DNA of 64,000 nucleotides from positions 2,004-66,003 of the forward strand of contig JBMNNX010000004.1 of the NCBI GenBank assembly GCA_050942745.1. The letters run 5' to 3'. A model generated the notes under the pieces. That model saw only the letters and a program-made list of their open reading frames with translations. It ran no database searches and was not told the DNA's origin. Source of the stretch: Myxococcales bacterium. GTDB lineage: Bacteria > Myxococcota > Myxococcia > Myxococcales > UBA5297. Position 1 is the first letter of the stretch; each line of letters opens with the position of its first letter. Positions 26,494 through 38,132 of the stretch are shown one piece after another. The position numbers and the translations under genes are program-made.

Positions 26494-27901
26494 TCCCGCC
26501 TTCGAGAAGGTCGCTGCAATCGTCACCCGGCACGCCGGCCTGAAGCTCCCCGAGTACCGCTACCACGCGATCGAGCTCGCGGTTCGCAAGGAGCTGTCCG
26601 CGCGGGGCCTGCGCACCGTGGACGAGTACGCGGCGCTCCTCGAGCGCGACGGGGTCGCCCTGTCAGACCTGGTGAGCGCTCTCACGGTGGGCGAGAGCTA
26701 CTTTTTTCGCGACGAGGGCCAGTTCGCTCTCATCCGCGAGCGCATCGTGCCCGAGCTGCTGCGCGCCAGGCCGCACGGCCACGTCCTCAGGGTCTGGAGC
26801 GCGGGGTGCGCCGGCGGCGAGGAGCCCTATTCGCTGGCGATGCTGTTCGAGAAGATGGGCCTGGCGCGCCGCGCGTCCATCCTCGCGACCGACATCTCGC
26901 GCCCGGCGCTCGAGAAGGCCCTTCGCGCGGTCTACAGCGCCTGGTCGCTGCGCGGGGCGAGCATGGAGCTCGCCCGCAACTACGTGCGCCCGGTGGGCAA
27001 GGGCTACCAGGTGCTGCCGCGGTTTCGCGACCGGGTGCGGTTCGAGTACCTCAACCTCGCCGAAGACGCCTACCCGTCGATAGCCAGCGGCGTCTTCGGC
27101 ATGGACCTCATCCTCTGCCGCAACGTGCTCATCTACTTCGAGCGGCCGGTGGTCGCCTCGGTCGCGCGCCGTCTCTTCGACTCGCTCGCCGAGGGCGGGT
27201 GGCTGCTGCTCGGCGTCTCCGATCCGCGCCTCGGCCAGCTCGCGCCGTTCGAGGTGATCACCACCGGCGCGGGACTCGCCTACCGGCGGCCGGCGCGCGA
27301 AGAGCTCGCGCGGCGCGAGAAGCGGGCCGCGCGCGGGCGGCCCGCTCCCGCCCAGCGGCCGAAAGCGCCCGAGCCCCAGGCGGTCTCCGCCGAGGCGGCG
27401 GCGCCGCCCGACGCGCTGCAGAGGGCGCAGCAGGCCTACGGGCGCGGCAACTACCTCGCGGTCATCGACGCCCTGCGCGACGAGGTTGACTCGCCGGAGG
27501 CGGCCGCCCTGTTCGTGCACGCCTCGGCCAATGCCGGCGACTTTGAGGAGGCGGAGAAGGCGACGGCCATCGCCGCCGAGCGCCACCCGCTCACGCCGGA
27601 GCTGCACTTGTTGTGCGGCTTCGTGCTCGCCGAGCTGGGCCGGGACGAGGAGGCCATTCGAGCGGCTCGCCGAGCGCTCTACCTCGACCGCGGCCTGGTG
27701 GTCGCCCATTTCACGCTCGGGCACTTGTTCGCGCGCCGCGGCGACAGGGCGGCCGCCCGGCGCGCCTTCAAGAACGCCCTGCGCATCGTGCAATCGATGC
27801 CCGAGGACGCGCTTGTCCGCATGGGTGATGGCGAGCGAGCCGGCAGGCTCGCACAGGTACTTTCGGCGCAGCTCTCACTCTTGGACTCAGGACGCGGGTA
27901 G
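26474..27901 (+). CDS. cheR: CheR-type MCP methyltransferase with C-terminal TPR region
   Basis: 475 aa. [38 protein letters not shown]-like C-terminus. Overlaps cheW by 20 nt. Confidence 0.9.
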   Translation: MQTRWSDPAFEKVAAIVTRHAGLKLPEYRYHAIELAVRKELSARGLRTVDEYAALLERDGVALSDLVSALTVGESYFFRDEGQFALIRERIVPELLRARPHGHVLRVWSAGCAGGEEPYSLAMLFEKMGLARRASILATDISRPALEKALRAVYSAWSLRGASMELARNYVRPVGKGYQVLPRFRDRVRFEYLNLAEDAYPSIASGVFGMDLILCRNVLIYFERPVVASVARRLFDSLAEGGWLLLGVSDPRLGQLAPFEVITTGAGLAYRRPAREELARREKRAARGRPAPAQRPKAPEPQAVSAEAAAPPDALQRAQQAYGRGNYLAVIDALRDEVDSPEAAALFVHASANAGDFEEAEKATAIAAERHPLTPELHLLCGFVLAELGRDEEAIRAARRALYLDRGLVVAHFTLGHLFARRGDRAAARRAFKNALRIVQSMPEDALVRMGDGERAGRLAQVLSAQLSLLDSGRG

Positions 27902-27904
27902 TCG

Positions 27905-28540
27905 ATGGCAGCGAGCGACGAGCGCTCGAGCAACCCAGTCGATTGGCGGGCGGTCCACGAACGTCTGCGGCGGGCGACCGAGCGGCAGGCGGAACGCCTC
28001 TCGCCGGCGCGCGTCCAGGAGATCCTGGACGAGCGGGCGCGCGCCTTGGCGCGGGTGCCGGCGCCGCGGCGCGCTGCGGGTCGGCTCGAGCTGGTCGCCT
28101 TTCGACTCGGGCAGGAGCGCTACGCGCTCGAGTCGGCCTACGTGCGGCGGCTGCTGCGGCGGGCTCGGCTGACCGAGACCCCGGGCGCGCCCGCGCCGCT
28201 GCGCGGCCTCATCAACCTGCAGGGCGAGGTGGTCGCCGTCTTCGACCTGGCGGCCGTGCTGCAAGGGCGCAGGCTCGAATGGACCGACCACACCGCCGCG
28301 CTCGTGCTCGGAGCCCAGCGCCCCGAGCTCGCGGTGCCCGTCGAAGTCGGTGTCGACATCGTGACGCTCGACCCGGCCGAGATCCACGCGCCCGGCCCGT
28401 CCGTCGTGCCCCTCGCACAGGATCTCGTCGCGGGCGTGACGCGGGACGCGCTCGTCGTGCTCAAAGCCACGGCCTTGCTGCACGGCCCGCGCTTCGTCGT
28501 CGACGCTGGCAGCGAGGCCCAGCCTGGGGAGATGAGATGA
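27905..28540 (+). CDS. Second CheW-like protein with an N-terminal extension
   Basis: 211 aa. [23 protein letters not shown]...[21 protein letters not shown]. Confidence 0.85.
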   Translation: MAASDERSSNPVDWRAVHERLRRATERQAERLSPARVQEILDERARALARVPAPRRAAGRLELVAFRLGQERYALESAYVRRLLRRARLTETPGAPAPLRGLINLQGEVVAVFDLAAVLQGRRLEWTDHTAALVLGAQRPELAVPVEVGVDIVTLDPAEIHAPGPSVVPLAQDLVAGVTRDALVVLKATALLHGPRFVVDAGSEAQPGEMR

Positions 28541-30180
28541 AGTGGCCCAGCTCGATAGGGTTCAAGCTCAGCGTCGTCATCGCCTCGCTGGCGATCGCCG
28601 TCTCGGCGCTGCTCGCGTCCAACCTCGTGCTGCTCGGCCAGCTCGAGGGCGAGGTCATCTGGACCGACACGCTCGTCGAGGGCGGGCTGGTTCGCTACCG
28701 CATCCTCGACCATGCCGAGCAGCTCTTCGACGTCCCTCCGGCCGAGAGAGCCGCGAACGCGCAGGACCTGCGCGACGACCTCACAAGGATGGACGAGCGC
28801 TTCGAGGTGCTGCTGGGGGGAGATCCGGCGCGGGGCGTGCCCCCTGGGACCAGCCCTCAGCTCGCCTCGGCCATCGAGAGCCGCCAGACCGAGTGGCAGC
28901 GCGAGGTCCGGCCGCTCGTCGAGCAGATCCTACGCGCCGAGAGCCGCGATCAGGTCGCCCCCGCGCTCCGGACGCTGCGCGCGACGACCGAGAGCTTTGT
29001 CGCCGAGCTGACGCAGAACATCGCCAGGGCCGAGCGCGAGTACCACGACAAGCTGAGCACGCTCCAGTGGCTGCAGATTGGCTTCTTCATCTTCGTGCTG
29101 CTGCTGCTCGGGCTGACCGCCTCGATCTTTCGCAGCAGCGTGCGCCGGGTGCGCGCTCTCGCCGGGACCGCCGAGCGCATCGCGGCCGGCAGCCTCGACG
29201 AGCGGGCCGCGGTGAGCGGCGACGACGAGGTCGCCCAGCTCGGCAGCGCCTTCGACGCGATGACCGAGAAGCTGCGCTCGAGTCTCGCCAGCGAGCGCGA
29301 GGCGCGCGGGCGCACCGAGGAGCTGCTGCAGACGGTGCGCGAGACGGCCACCCGCCTCGCCACGGCGACCAGCGAGATCGCCGCGAGCACCAACGAGCAG
29401 GCCTCCGGCGCCCGCGAGCAGGCGGGTTCGGTCTCCGAGACGGTGAGCATCGTCGAGCAGCTCAGCGCCATGTCAGGCCAGGCCACCGAGCGCGCCCGCT
29501 CAGCGGCGGAGACCTCGCGCCGCTCGGAGGAGAGCGCCGAGAAGGGCCGCGGCGCGGTCGAGCGCGCGGTGAGCACCATGGCCGCGGCCAAGGAGCAGGC
29601 CGACTCGGTCGCCGAGCGCATCGTGCGCCTTGCCGAGCAGATCCAGACGGTCGGCGAGATCATCTCGCTCGTCGACGACATCTCCGACCAGACGAACATG
29701 CTCGCCCTCAACGCGGCCATCGAGGCCTCGCGTGCCGGCGAGCAGGGCAAGGGCTTCTCGGTGGTCGCCGCCGAGGTCAAATCGCTCGCCGAGCGGGTCA
29801 AGCGGGCGACCGTGGAGACCACGCGCATCCTCAACGAGATCCAGCGCATGGCGAGCAGCTCGGTGGTCGCCACCGAGCAATACTCGCGCAGCGTCAACGA
29901 GGCGATGCAGGCCGCGCGGGTCTCGGGCGAGACCCTCGGGTGGCTCACCGACGCCATCGGCGAGATAGCGCGCACCTCGGCCAACGCCGCCTCGGCGGCC
30001 GACCAGCAGGCGCAGGGCCTGGCGCAGATCAACCGGGCGATGCGCGACATGAAGCAGACCGCCGATCAGTCGGTGGCCGCGGTCGGGCAGACCGAGCGCG
30101 CGGTCCAGGACCTCAACACCCTCGCGGTGCGGCTGACCGAGCTGCTCTCCGAGCCGGCGGAGTGGTCGTCGCGCGGGTAA
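28537..30180 (+). CDS. Methyl-accepting chemotaxis protein (2 TM, helical periplasmic sensor, HAMP)
   Basis: In frame in ORF 27943..30180. The ATG at 28537 overlaps the upstream TGA. Highly conserved signalling tip [38 protein letters not shown]. Confidence 0.92.
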   Translation: MKWPSSIGFKLSVVIASLAIAVSALLASNLVLLGQLEGEVIWTDTLVEGGLVRYRILDHAEQLFDVPPAERAANAQDLRDDLTRMDERFEVLLGGDPARGVPPGTSPQLASAIESRQTEWQREVRPLVEQILRAESRDQVAPALRTLRATTESFVAELTQNIARAEREYHDKLSTLQWLQIGFFIFVLLLLGLTASIFRSSVRRVRALAGTAERIAAGSLDERAAVSGDDEVAQLGSAFDAMTEKLRSSLASEREARGRTEELLQTVRETATRLATATSEIAASTNEQASGAREQAGSVSETVSIVEQLSAMSGQATERARSAAETSRRSEESAEKGRGAVERAVSTMAAAKEQADSVAERIVRLAEQIQTVGEIISLVDDISDQTNMLALNAAIEASRAGEQGKGFSVVAAEVKSLAERVKRATVETTRILNEIQRMASSSVVATEQYSRSVNEAMQAARVSGETLGWLTDAIGEIARTSANAASAADQQAQGLAQINRAMRDMKQTADQSVAAVGQTERAVQDLNTLAVRLTELLSEPAEWSSRG

Positions 30181-30208
30181 TGCAGGGCCCGCGGCGACGG
30201 AGGGCAGG

Positions 30209-32425
30209 ATGGACAGGGACGAGCTGCTCGAGCGCCTGAGCCAGGCCTTCGTCGCCGAGCTCGACGAGCACGTGCGCGTCCTCAACGAGAGCCTTCTCGC
30301 CCTGGAGAAGCAGGCCGACGAGGCGGGGCGCGCCGCGCTCATCGAGCGGCTGTTCCGCGAGGCGCACAGCATCAAGGGCTCGGCGCGCGCGGCCAGCGTC
30401 GAGCTCGTCGAGCGGGCGAGCAGCCGGATAGAGGAGATCCTCTCGGCGCTGCGCGACGGGCGCCGCCCGCTCGACACCGAGCTCATCGACCTGCTCTTCC
30501 AGGCGACCGACGCCATCGAGGAGGCGGGAGCGCGCCTCAAGGCGAGGCAAGGCCTCGAGGGCACGGCGCTCGAGGGGCTCGTGGCGCGGCTCGAACAGGT
30601 CGCCGCGGGCGCTTCGCGAGGGGCGCCTGCGCCGCTGCCCGCGCTCGCCGCCGCGCCGGCGCCGGGCGCTCTCGAGACGGTGCGGACCCCGACCGAGCGG
30701 CTCGACCGGCTGCTCGCCCTTGGCGGCGAGCTGCTCGCGGCGCGGCGGGTCGGCGAGGAGCTCGAGGAGCAGATCGCCGGGCTTCAGCTCGAGCTTCGCC
30801 GCTTCGTGCGCGAGAGCGCGTCGGTCGAGAAGCTGCTCGCGCCGCTGCTGCAGGATGGGCAGGCTCCGCGGCGCGGCCCGCGCCGAGGCGCGTGCGACGA
30901 GGCGCTCGACTCGCTGCGCCGACAGCACGCCAGCCTGCGCCGGCTCGAGGCGCGCGTAGCGGCGCTCTTGGCCGAGGCCGGGGCGGGCAGGCGGCGGGTC
31001 GCGCATGCCATCGAGCCGATGGTCGACGAGGTCCGGGCGCTGCGGATGGTGCCCTTCTTCGAAGCCTGCCGCTCGCTCGAGCGCGCCGTGCGCGACCTGG
31101 CGCACCAGGAGGGCAAGCAGGCCGAGCTCGAGATCTTGGGGGCGGACGTCGAGCTCGATCGGTCGATCATCGAGACGCTGCGCAACCCGCTGCTCCACCT
31201 CGTTCGCAACGCGGTCGCCCACGGCATCGAGCCGAGCGCCGAGCGCGAGGCGGCCGGCAAGAGTCCGGCCGGGCGGGTCGAGGTGACGGCGACGCTGCGC
31301 GGCTCGCAGGTCGAGGTCGCCGTCGGCGACGACGGCCGCGGCCTCGACATCGAGCGCATCCGCCAGCGCGCGCGCAAGCGCGGCCTGCCGGCTCCGGCCG
31401 ACGAGGCGGGCGCAGCCCGGCTCATCTTCCGCCCCGGCTTCTCGACCTTGGCGCTCGTCACCGACCTGGCCGGCCGCGGCGTCGGGCTCGACGTCGTGCG
31501 CCGGGCCGCCGAGTCTCTGCAGGGCTCGGTCGAGGTCGAGTCGCGCCGGGGGCAGGGCGCGCGCTTTGTCATGCGGATGCCGCTCACGCTGGTGAGCATC
31601 CGCGCGCTGCTCGTCGAGGCCGGCGGCCAGGTCTTCGCCTTCCCGAGCAACCACCTGCAGCGCGTGCTCGCGGCGCGGCCTGGCGACCTGCGGCTGGTCG
31701 AGGGGCGCCAGACGCTGCCCGTCGAGGGCGCGCCCATCCCGGTCGCCTCGCTCGCGGGGCTGCTCGGGCTGCGCGAGCCGGCGCGCCGCGGCGAGACGGT
31801 CTCGCTGGTGATCGCCGGGACAGCCGATCGGCCGGTGGCCTTCGGGATCGACCGGACGCTCGCCGAGCGGGAGATCCTCGTCAAAGGGCTCGGCCCGCGG
31901 ATCAAGCGGCTGCGCCACTTCTCGGGGGCGACCACGCTGCCGAGCGGCGAGCTCGCCCTCATCCTCCAGGTGCCGGATCTGCTGGCGAGCGTGGCCGGCG
32001 CGCCCGCCGCGGTGGCCGCGCCCTATCGAGGGGAGGCGCCTGCCAAGAAGCGGCGCATCGTGCTGGCCGACGATTCGGTGACCACCCGGACGCTCGAGCG
32101 CGGCATCCTCGAGGGGGCCGGCTACGAGGTGCGCGTCGCGGCCGACGGCGTCCAGGCGTGGCGCCTGCTGCAGGCCGAGGGGGCCGACCTGCTCGTCGTC
32201 GACGTGGACATGCCGGCGATGAGCGGGCTCGAGCTGACCGAGAAGGTCCGCGCTTCCGAACAGTTCCGAGAGCTGCCGGTGATCCTCGTGACGGCCCTCG
32301 AGACCGAGGATGATAGGTTGCGCGGCCTGCGAGCCGGGGCGAGCGCCTACCTCACCAAGAGCACCTTCGACCAGCGCAACCTTCTCGAGACCATCGAACA
32401 GCTCCTCGGGGAGCCGGGGGAATAG
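30209..32425 (+). CDS. cheA: CheA histidine kinase fused to a C-terminal receiver domain (Hpt-dimerization-HATPase-CheW-REC)
   Basis: 738 aa. Hpt site [13 protein letters not shown]. HATPase motifs [16 protein letters not shown] and DDGRGLD. REC domain [12 protein letters not shown]...[14 protein letters not shown]...AYLTKSTF. Confidence 0.93.
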   Translation: MDRDELLERLSQAFVAELDEHVRVLNESLLALEKQADEAGRAALIERLFREAHSIKGSARAASVELVERASSRIEEILSALRDGRRPLDTELIDLLFQATDAIEEAGARLKARQGLEGTALEGLVARLEQVAAGASRGAPAPLPALAAAPAPGALETVRTPTERLDRLLALGGELLAARRVGEELEEQIAGLQLELRRFVRESASVEKLLAPLLQDGQAPRRGPRRGACDEALDSLRRQHASLRRLEARVAALLAEAGAGRRRVAHAIEPMVDEVRALRMVPFFEACRSLERAVRDLAHQEGKQAELEILGADVELDRSIIETLRNPLLHLVRNAVAHGIEPSAEREAAGKSPAGRVEVTATLRGSQVEVAVGDDGRGLDIERIRQRARKRGLPAPADEAGAARLIFRPGFSTLALVTDLAGRGVGLDVVRRAAESLQGSVEVESRRGQGARFVMRMPLTLVSIRALLVEAGGQVFAFPSNHLQRVLAARPGDLRLVEGRQTLPVEGAPIPVASLAGLLGLREPARRGETVSLVIAGTADRPVAFGIDRTLAEREILVKGLGPRIKRLRHFSGATTLPSGELALILQVPDLLASVAGAPAAVAAPYRGEAPAKKRRIVLADDSVTTRTLERGILEGAGYEVRVAADGVQAWRLLQAEGADLLVVDVDMPAMSGLELTEKVRASEQFRELPVILVTALETEDDRLRGLRAGASAYLTKSTFDQRNLLETIEQLLGEPGE

Positions 32426-32428
32426 CCG

Positions 32429-33460
32429 ATGATCCGCGTCGTCGTCGCCGAGGACTTGCCCACCGCGCGCCAGCTCTTGGTCGCGCTGCTAGAGTCGGAC
32501 CCGGAGATCGAGGTGGTCGGCGAGGCCGCCGACGGGCTCGAGGCGGTCGAGCTGACGAGCCGGCTCGGGCCCGACCTGGTGACGATGGACATCCTGATGC
32601 CGCGCCTCGACGGCTTCGAGGCGACCCGGCGCATCATGGCCGAGCGGCCCACGCCCATCGTCATCGTCTCGAGCCTCGACGTGCAGGAGGTCGGCTTCAC
32701 GATGCAGGCCCTGCAGGCCGGCGCGCTCGCCGCGCTGCCCAAGCCCCGCGGGCCCGGCTCTCCGGGCTTCGAAGAGGACTCGCGGCGCCTGCTCACGACG
32801 GTCAAGGCGATGTCCAAGGTGACCCTGCTTCAGCACCGCGGGCAGCCCGAGGCCGCGCCTGCCCGGCCTCCCGCGCCGCCGAGGCTGCGCGGGGTGGTGA
32901 AGGTCCGGGTCGTGGCCATGGCCGGCTCGGCCGGCGGGCCGGCCGCCTTCAAGGAGATCCTGTCGCAGTTGCCGGCCGACTACGGCCCCTCGATCCTGCT
33001 CGTCCAGCACATCGCGCTCGGCTTCGCCGAGGGCTTCGCGCGCTGGCTCGACTCGAGCAGCCCGCTGCGGGTCAAGGTCGCCGAGCAGGGCGAGCCGCTC
33101 GCCGCCGCCACCGTCTACGTCGCTCCCGACGACCGGCACCTCGGGCTGGCCGCGGGCGGCGCCGCGATAGAGCTGTCGGACGATGCGCCCGTCGAAGGGT
33201 TTCGGCCCGCGGCCAGCCACCTCTTCAAGTCGGTCGCCGGGCGGCTCGGTCCGTATGCCGCCGCCGTCATCCTCAGCGGCGCAGGCCACGACGGGGTCGA
33301 GGGCCTCAAGGCCGCGCGGCAGGCCGGCTGCTTCGTCATCGCGCAGGACGAGGCGACCTCGCTCGTCTTCGGGATGCCCGGCGCCGCGATAGAGGCGGGC
33401 GTGGTGGACGAGGTGCTGGCTCTGCCCGCGGTGGCCGAGCGGCTCAAGGACATAGGTTGA
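32429..33460 (+). CDS. cheB: CheB protein-glutamate methylesterase (REC plus esterase)
   Basis: 343 aa. [14 protein letters not shown]...[12 protein letters not shown]. Esterase part [14 protein letters not shown]...[10 protein letters not shown]...[14 protein letters not shown]. Confidence 0.92.
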   Translation: MIRVVVAEDLPTARQLLVALLESDPEIEVVGEAADGLEAVELTSRLGPDLVTMDILMPRLDGFEATRRIMAERPTPIVIVSSLDVQEVGFTMQALQAGALAALPKPRGPGSPGFEEDSRRLLTTVKAMSKVTLLQHRGQPEAAPARPPAPPRLRGVVKVRVVAMAGSAGGPAAFKEILSQLPADYGPSILLVQHIALGFAEGFARWLDSSSPLRVKVAEQGEPLAAATVYVAPDDRHLGLAAGGAAIELSDDAPVEGFRPAASHLFKSVAGRLGPYAAAVILSGAGHDGVEGLKAARQAGCFVIAQDEATSLVFGMPGAAIEAGVVDEVLALPAVAERLKDIG

Positions 33461-33507
33461 GCGGGGGTCGAAGGGAACCCGCCGACCTTCCAGCGAGGGA
33501 GGGAGTC

Positions 33508-35070
33508 ATGCCCGACGCGCGCGACACTCCGCGCCTCGAAGCATTTTGCGAGGTTGACGACCAGGGCCGCGTCTGCCGCTGGAGCGAGGGCTTCCGGGCG
33601 CTGGTGGGCGAGCCTTCGGGACGCCGCCTTGGCGAGCTGCTGGGGCGCGAGCCTTTGGCGGGCGAGATCGAGCTGCAGGGCAGGCTCTACCGAATCGTCC
33701 CCGAGCGGCTCGAAGGCCCGGAGGGAGCGGGCACGCGAGAGCTCTATCGCCTGGAGCCCGCCGCACTCGGCCTTGAGATCGAGCGCGAGAGCGTCGCCCG
33801 CGCGCGGGCCGAAGAGGCGCAGCGCCGGCTCTCGTTCCTGTACGAGACGGCGACCGCGCTCTTCGAGGGCGCCTTCGAGAGGCGGCAGACGCTGAGCAAG
33901 CTCGCCCAGCTGCTCGTCCCGAACCTGGCCGACTGGTGCATGCTCGACATGGTCGAAGGCCGAAAGGTCGAGCGGGTTGCCGCCGCGCACTGGAACCCAG
34001 ATCTCGACGAGAAGGCGGCCGAGCTGTTGCGACCGCTGCGCGTCGATCGGTCCGGGCAGGCGGGGCTGGCGCGAGTGCTGTGCACCGGAAAGACACACCT
34101 CGAGCGGGACTGGTTCCTTGCGCCGGGCGAGGAGGCGGCCGAGGACCTGGCCATCCTTGCGAGCTTGGGCGTGCGCACCTGGATGGCCGTGCCCATCCGC
34201 GCCCGCGGGGGGATCGTGGCGCTGCTGACGCTGGCGATCTCCGAGACGACGCGCACCTACGCCAGCGAGGACGTGCGGCTCGTCGAGGACCTCGCCGCGC
34301 GCGCCGCGCTGGCGGTGGAGAACGCGCTGCTCTTCGAGGACGTGCGCCGCGCCGTGCGCGTGCGCGACGACACCATCTCGATCGTCTCGCACGACCTGCG
34401 CAGCCCGATGAACGCGTTCATGCTGCAGATCCAGCGCCTCGAGCGGCTCGTCACCCGGCGTACGGCTACCAGCGAGGCGCAGGCGCGCGAGCTGCTCGAG
34501 AAGATGCGGCACACCGTCGGCAGCATGGACCGCCTCATCAGCAATCTGCTCGACATGGCGCGCATCGAAGGCGGCAGGCTGCAGCTCGACAGGCGCGCGC
34601 ACGAGCCTCTCAAGGTGGTCACTCGCGCGCTCGAGCCGCTCGAGCTGCTAGCGGGCCAGAAGAAGCAGGCGCTCGAGATCGACGTGCCGCCGGACCTGCC
34701 GAGGATCTGGAGCGACTCCGACCGCCTCGCGCAGGTGCTCTCGAACCTGGTGGGCAACGCCATCAAGTTCACGCACGAGGGCGGGCGGATTTCGGTGCGG
34801 GCGGAGGCGTCCGCCGGGGAGGTGCGGTTCGTGGTCGAGGACAACGGGCCGGGGATTTCGCCCGAGGTTCTGCCGCACGTCTTCGACCGGTACTGGCAGC
34901 CCAAGGAGAGCGCGCGGCGCGGGTTCGGGCTCGGGCTGTTCATCGTCAAGGGGCTCGTCGAGGCGCACGACGGGCGGGTGTGGGTCGAGAGCGCGCTGGG
35001 GAAGGGGAGTCGGTTCTTCTTTACCATCCCGATCGCGGGGCAGGAGGGGGAGTGGACGCGGGGCGCTTGA
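33508..35070 (+). CDS. GAF-domain sensor histidine kinase (HisKA plus HATPase_c, no receiver)
   Basis: ORF 33457..35070. H-box [17 protein letters not shown] boxes [31 protein letters not shown]. The ATG at 33508 follows GGGAGGGAG. An alternative TTG at 33457 overlaps the cheB stop. Confidence 0.88.
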   Translation: MPDARDTPRLEAFCEVDDQGRVCRWSEGFRALVGEPSGRRLGELLGREPLAGEIELQGRLYRIVPERLEGPEGAGTRELYRLEPAALGLEIERESVARARAEEAQRRLSFLYETATALFEGAFERRQTLSKLAQLLVPNLADWCMLDMVEGRKVERVAAAHWNPDLDEKAAELLRPLRVDRSGQAGLARVLCTGKTHLERDWFLAPGEEAAEDLAILASLGVRTWMAVPIRARGGIVALLTLAISETTRTYASEDVRLVEDLAARAALAVENALLFEDVRRAVRVRDDTISIVSHDLRSPMNAFMLQIQRLERLVTRRTATSEAQARELLEKMRHTVGSMDRLISNLLDMARIEGGRLQLDRRAHEPLKVVTRALEPLELLAGQKKQALEIDVPPDLPRIWSDSDRLAQVLSNLVGNAIKFTHEGGRISVRAEASAGEVRFVVEDNGPGISPEVLPHVFDRYWQPKESARRGFGLGLFIVKGLVEAHDGRVWVESALGKGSRFFFTIPIAGQEGEWTRGA

Positions 35071-35888
35071 GGCTTGGTCCTCTTCGAGAATCGGTCCCAT
35101 CCGCTCATCGCTGAAGGCGGCCCGCCGTCCGTCGAAGCCCAGAAGCTGTGTCAGAACCTTCGTGCGCTGGCCCAGGGGCGACCTCCCATCGTTCTAGCGT
35201 TCGACGGAAGGAAGCCCTCGCAATGGTGCGAGGGTCAAGTCTCTGAGGCCAGCGCTTCCTTTACCCCTCGCAGCCGAGGCATCAGCTCATACTGGGCAGT
35301 GGATTGCCGCATCCCGCGATCTGACGAAGAGCGAAGAGAATCCCACGGAGTCGAGTCACCGCACTCGGGTTGTCAGACGCTCCGGCCGGAGCTTGGATGT
35401 TGCCGTGCCCGCCGTCTTTCGGACGCCCGCGCCAGCCGCGCGGAGGCAGGATCCGAGGCCTTTTCCGGCCAAAGAGGCCCAGGAAGGTGCCTGGCTGGCC
35501 CGCTGAGCGATTTCGACCCCTCCAGGCCTACTTCAATACGGCCAGGGCTCGATCGGCGCTCCTGGGGCCATCCTAGCGCCTTCTAGGGGCCTTCTCGCGC
35601 GATCGCTAACCATTCGTGCTGATTGAGGAAATTCACCCGCTCGCCCGCCAGGCATGTCCGAAACCAGACGAGGCGCCCCGAAGAGCCGTGGCGTGCCAGG
35701 ACTGGGCACCGGCGCCCTGGAGTCCGGCCCCACCCAGCGCGCCAACCCGTTTTGGCCGCTCGCGGCATCATCGCCCTCCGTGTCGGCTTCCGCCCCCACG
35801 CCTCCCGGGGCGCCAGCCCCCGCCCGTCTCCCCGCCGTCCGCTGCCTAAGCCGCCGTTCGATGAAGACCTTGTCGGCTCGGGGGCGCG

Positions 35889-37436
35889 ATGGCAGCGCGA
35901 GGCAACAAGTGGTGGGTCCTGGCGGTCGTCATCCTGCCGCTGTTCATGGCGCTGCTCGACCGCAGCCTCGTGGTCATTGCCATCCCACGCATCACTGAAG
36001 AGCTCGGCGGAGGACTCTCCGAGGCGTCCTGGATCGTCAACGGCTACATCCTCGCCTTCGTGGCGGCCATCGTCATCGGCGGGCGCATGGGCGATCTCTG
36101 GGGCCGTCGCCGGCTCTTCCTCGTCGGCGTCGTCGCCTTCACCGTCGGCTCGCTTGCCTGCGCCATCGCCACCGAGATGCCGATGCTCGTCGGCTCGCGC
36201 GTGGTGCAGGGGCTTGGCGGCGCGGTGATGCTGCCCCAGACCCTCGCGCTGCTGACGGTCGCTTTCCCGCCCGGCCAACGGGGCCTCGCGCTCGGACTGT
36301 GGAGCGCGGCCTCGGGCTTGGGCACGGCGCTGGGGCCTATCGTCGGCGGCCTGGTGCTCACCGTGGCGAGCTGGCGATGGGTGTTTCTCGTCAACGTGCC
36401 GGTCGCCTTCGTCGCCTTCCTCGGCGCGCTGTGCTTTGTCCCCGAGTCGCACGCTGAGAACGTCGACCGGCGCCTCGACTGGCTCGGGATGGCGCTCATC
36501 ATGGTGAGCACCGCATCGGTCACCGGCGCGGTCATCGAAGGCCAGGGCCTGGGGTGGCGCTCCCCGGTCATCGTCGGGCTGTTCGCGCTCTCGGCGGCAT
36601 CGACGGTGCTCCTCTACTTCGTCGAGCGCGGGCGCCCGAACGCGCTCATCCCGCCCTCGCTGTTCCACGCACGCGCCTTCACGGCGGCGAACTTTGACGG
36701 CCTTCTCTCGTTCTTCGGCTTCGTCGGGGTCACCTTCCTCGTTCCCATCTTTCTCCAGGGACAGGGCGAGCGCGACGCGCTGACCGCGGGCCTCCTGCTC
36801 ACCCCCTTGCCCGTGGCGCTGATGCTCGCGAGCGCGGGCGCGGGGCGGCTGACTGACTACCTCGGCGGTCGCTGGCTCATCTTCGCGGGCATGGCCATCG
36901 CGGCCGCGGGCATCTTCATACTCGTCGGACTGACGCCCGAGATCGCATACCTAGACCTGCTCGTGCCGCTGGCGATTGCGGGATTCGGCATGGGCACGGC
37001 GCTTGCGCCGACGGCGACCGTGGTGATGACCAGCGTCAGCCCGGCGCGGTTGGGCAATGCCTCGGGGATTCTCGGCACCTTCCGCATGTTCGGCGCCGTG
37101 CTCGGGGTCGCGGTGATGTCGGCCGTCCTCGAGAACCGCTTTCTCGCGGGGCTGCGCGCCGCGCTCGAGGGCGCGCGCATCGATCCCGTCGAAAAGCAGC
37201 GCCTGCTCGCCCAGGCCGGCGAAGGGGCGCGCCAGATGCTGTTCGCGGGGACGAGCAGCGGCTCTGCGGAGGTGAATGCGCTCGTCTCGCGCGAGCTCAT
37301 GGCTGCGCTCGCTACCGCCTTCGTCGTCGCCGCCGGGCTCTCGCTGCTCGGAGCGATCATCGCGCTCGCCATTCCTGCGAGCGCCGGGAAGCACCAACCC
37401 TCCCGCGGGGACCCGCAAAGGCCGTCGAGGGGGTAG
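35889..37436 (+). CDS. MFS transporter, DHA2 (EmrB/QacA-like, 14-TM type)
   Basis: 515 aa. LDRSLVVIAIPRITEELGG, GRMGDLWGRRRLFLVG. Multiple hydrophobic helices. Confidence 0.9.
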   Translation: MAARGNKWWVLAVVILPLFMALLDRSLVVIAIPRITEELGGGLSEASWIVNGYILAFVAAIVIGGRMGDLWGRRRLFLVGVVAFTVGSLACAIATEMPMLVGSRVVQGLGGAVMLPQTLALLTVAFPPGQRGLALGLWSAASGLGTALGPIVGGLVLTVASWRWVFLVNVPVAFVAFLGALCFVPESHAENVDRRLDWLGMALIMVSTASVTGAVIEGQGLGWRSPVIVGLFALSAASTVLLYFVERGRPNALIPPSLFHARAFTAANFDGLLSFFGFVGVTFLVPIFLQGQGERDALTAGLLLTPLPVALMLASAGAGRLTDYLGGRWLIFAGMAIAAAGIFILVGLTPEIAYLDLLVPLAIAGFGMGTALAPTATVVMTSVSPARLGNASGILGTFRMFGAVLGVAVMSAVLENRFLAGLRAALEGARIDPVEKQRLLAQAGEGARQMLFAGTSSGSAEVNALVSRELMAALATAFVVAAGLSLLGAIIALAIPASAGKHQPSRGDPQRPSRG

Positions 37437-37470
37437 CGGCGTCGGCGGCGACCGGGAGAACGGAGATGCG

Positions 37471-37953
37471 ATGAACCGCATGCGCTCGATTCTGGGACTG
37501 CTCGGCTTTCTGGCCGTGACCTTCGCGATAGGGTTTGGAGGAGCGGCGCTTGCACCCGGGGCGGGCGTGGGGACCTGGTACGAGAGCCTGCCCAAAGCGC
37601 CTTGGAACCCGCCGGGCTGGATCTTCGGACCTGTCTGGACGGCGCTCTACGTCTTGATGTCCGTCGCCGCCTGGCTCGTGTGGCGCGCTCGCGGCAGCCT
37701 CCGGGCGGTGTCCTTCCCTCTCTCGCTCTACGCGCTGCAGCTCGTGCTCAACGGCCTGTGGACCTTGCTCTTCTTCGGCCAGCAACTGGTCGTCGCCGCC
37801 CTGGTCGACATCGTCGCGCTGCTCGTCGCCATCGCGGTCACGCTCGGCGCCTTCTGGCGTGTCCGACGCGCGGCCGGAGCGCTGCTGGTCCCGTACTTGG
37901 CGTGGGTCGCCTTCGCGACGAGCCTCAACGCTTACATCGCCGCCAAGCTGTGA
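37471..37953 (+). CDS. tspO: TspO/MBR family tryptophan-rich sensory protein
   Basis: In frame in ORF 37276..37953. WYESLPKAPWNPPGWIFGPVWTALYVLMSVAAWLVW...PYLAWVAFATSLN. Confidence 0.88.
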   Translation: MNRMRSILGLLGFLAVTFAIGFGGAALAPGAGVGTWYESLPKAPWNPPGWIFGPVWTALYVLMSVAAWLVWRARGSLRAVSFPLSLYALQLVLNGLWTLLFFGQQLVVAALVDIVALLVAIAVTLGAFWRVRRAAGALLVPYLAWVAFATSLNAYIAAKL

Positions 37954-38013
37954 CTCGGGCCGGATGCCCTACCGCATGCGATCGATGGTCGGCGGGGCGC
38001 GCTCGGGGCGCGC

Positions 38014-38097
38014 GGGCGCACTGCCACGCACTGCCATGCGCCCCTGCCGATCCCCGGGGCCTGCGGGGACGGGCGCATTGCCATGCGCCCCTACCGA
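38014..38097. repeat. REP-like palindromic elements (family D): a variant copy (38014-38044) and a full copy with hairpin gggcgcat-tgcc-atgcgccc (38071-38090)
   Basis: ccccggggcctgcggggacgggcgcattgccatgcgcccctacc is the reverse complement of 8781-8823, with a few mismatches. It lies between the convergent tspO and methyltransferase genes. Confidence 0.7.
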
Positions 38098-38132
38098 CGA
38101 TGCTCGCCCCATCCCAGGCCGACCGAGAGAGC

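Noticed and set aside
33115-34602. 495-aa minus-strand ORF and other antisense ORFs across the che operon (e.g. 30113..31918, 28950..30050)
   Set aside because: They are antisense to genes with unambiguous Che/kinase motifs.
35074-35586. 170-aa plus-strand ORF after the GAF kinase
   Set aside because: No RBS, no motifs, a mixed-composition translation and lower GC. I treat it as non-coding or decayed sequence.
35583-36668. 361-aa minus-strand ORF
   Set aside because: It is antisense to the MFS transporter.
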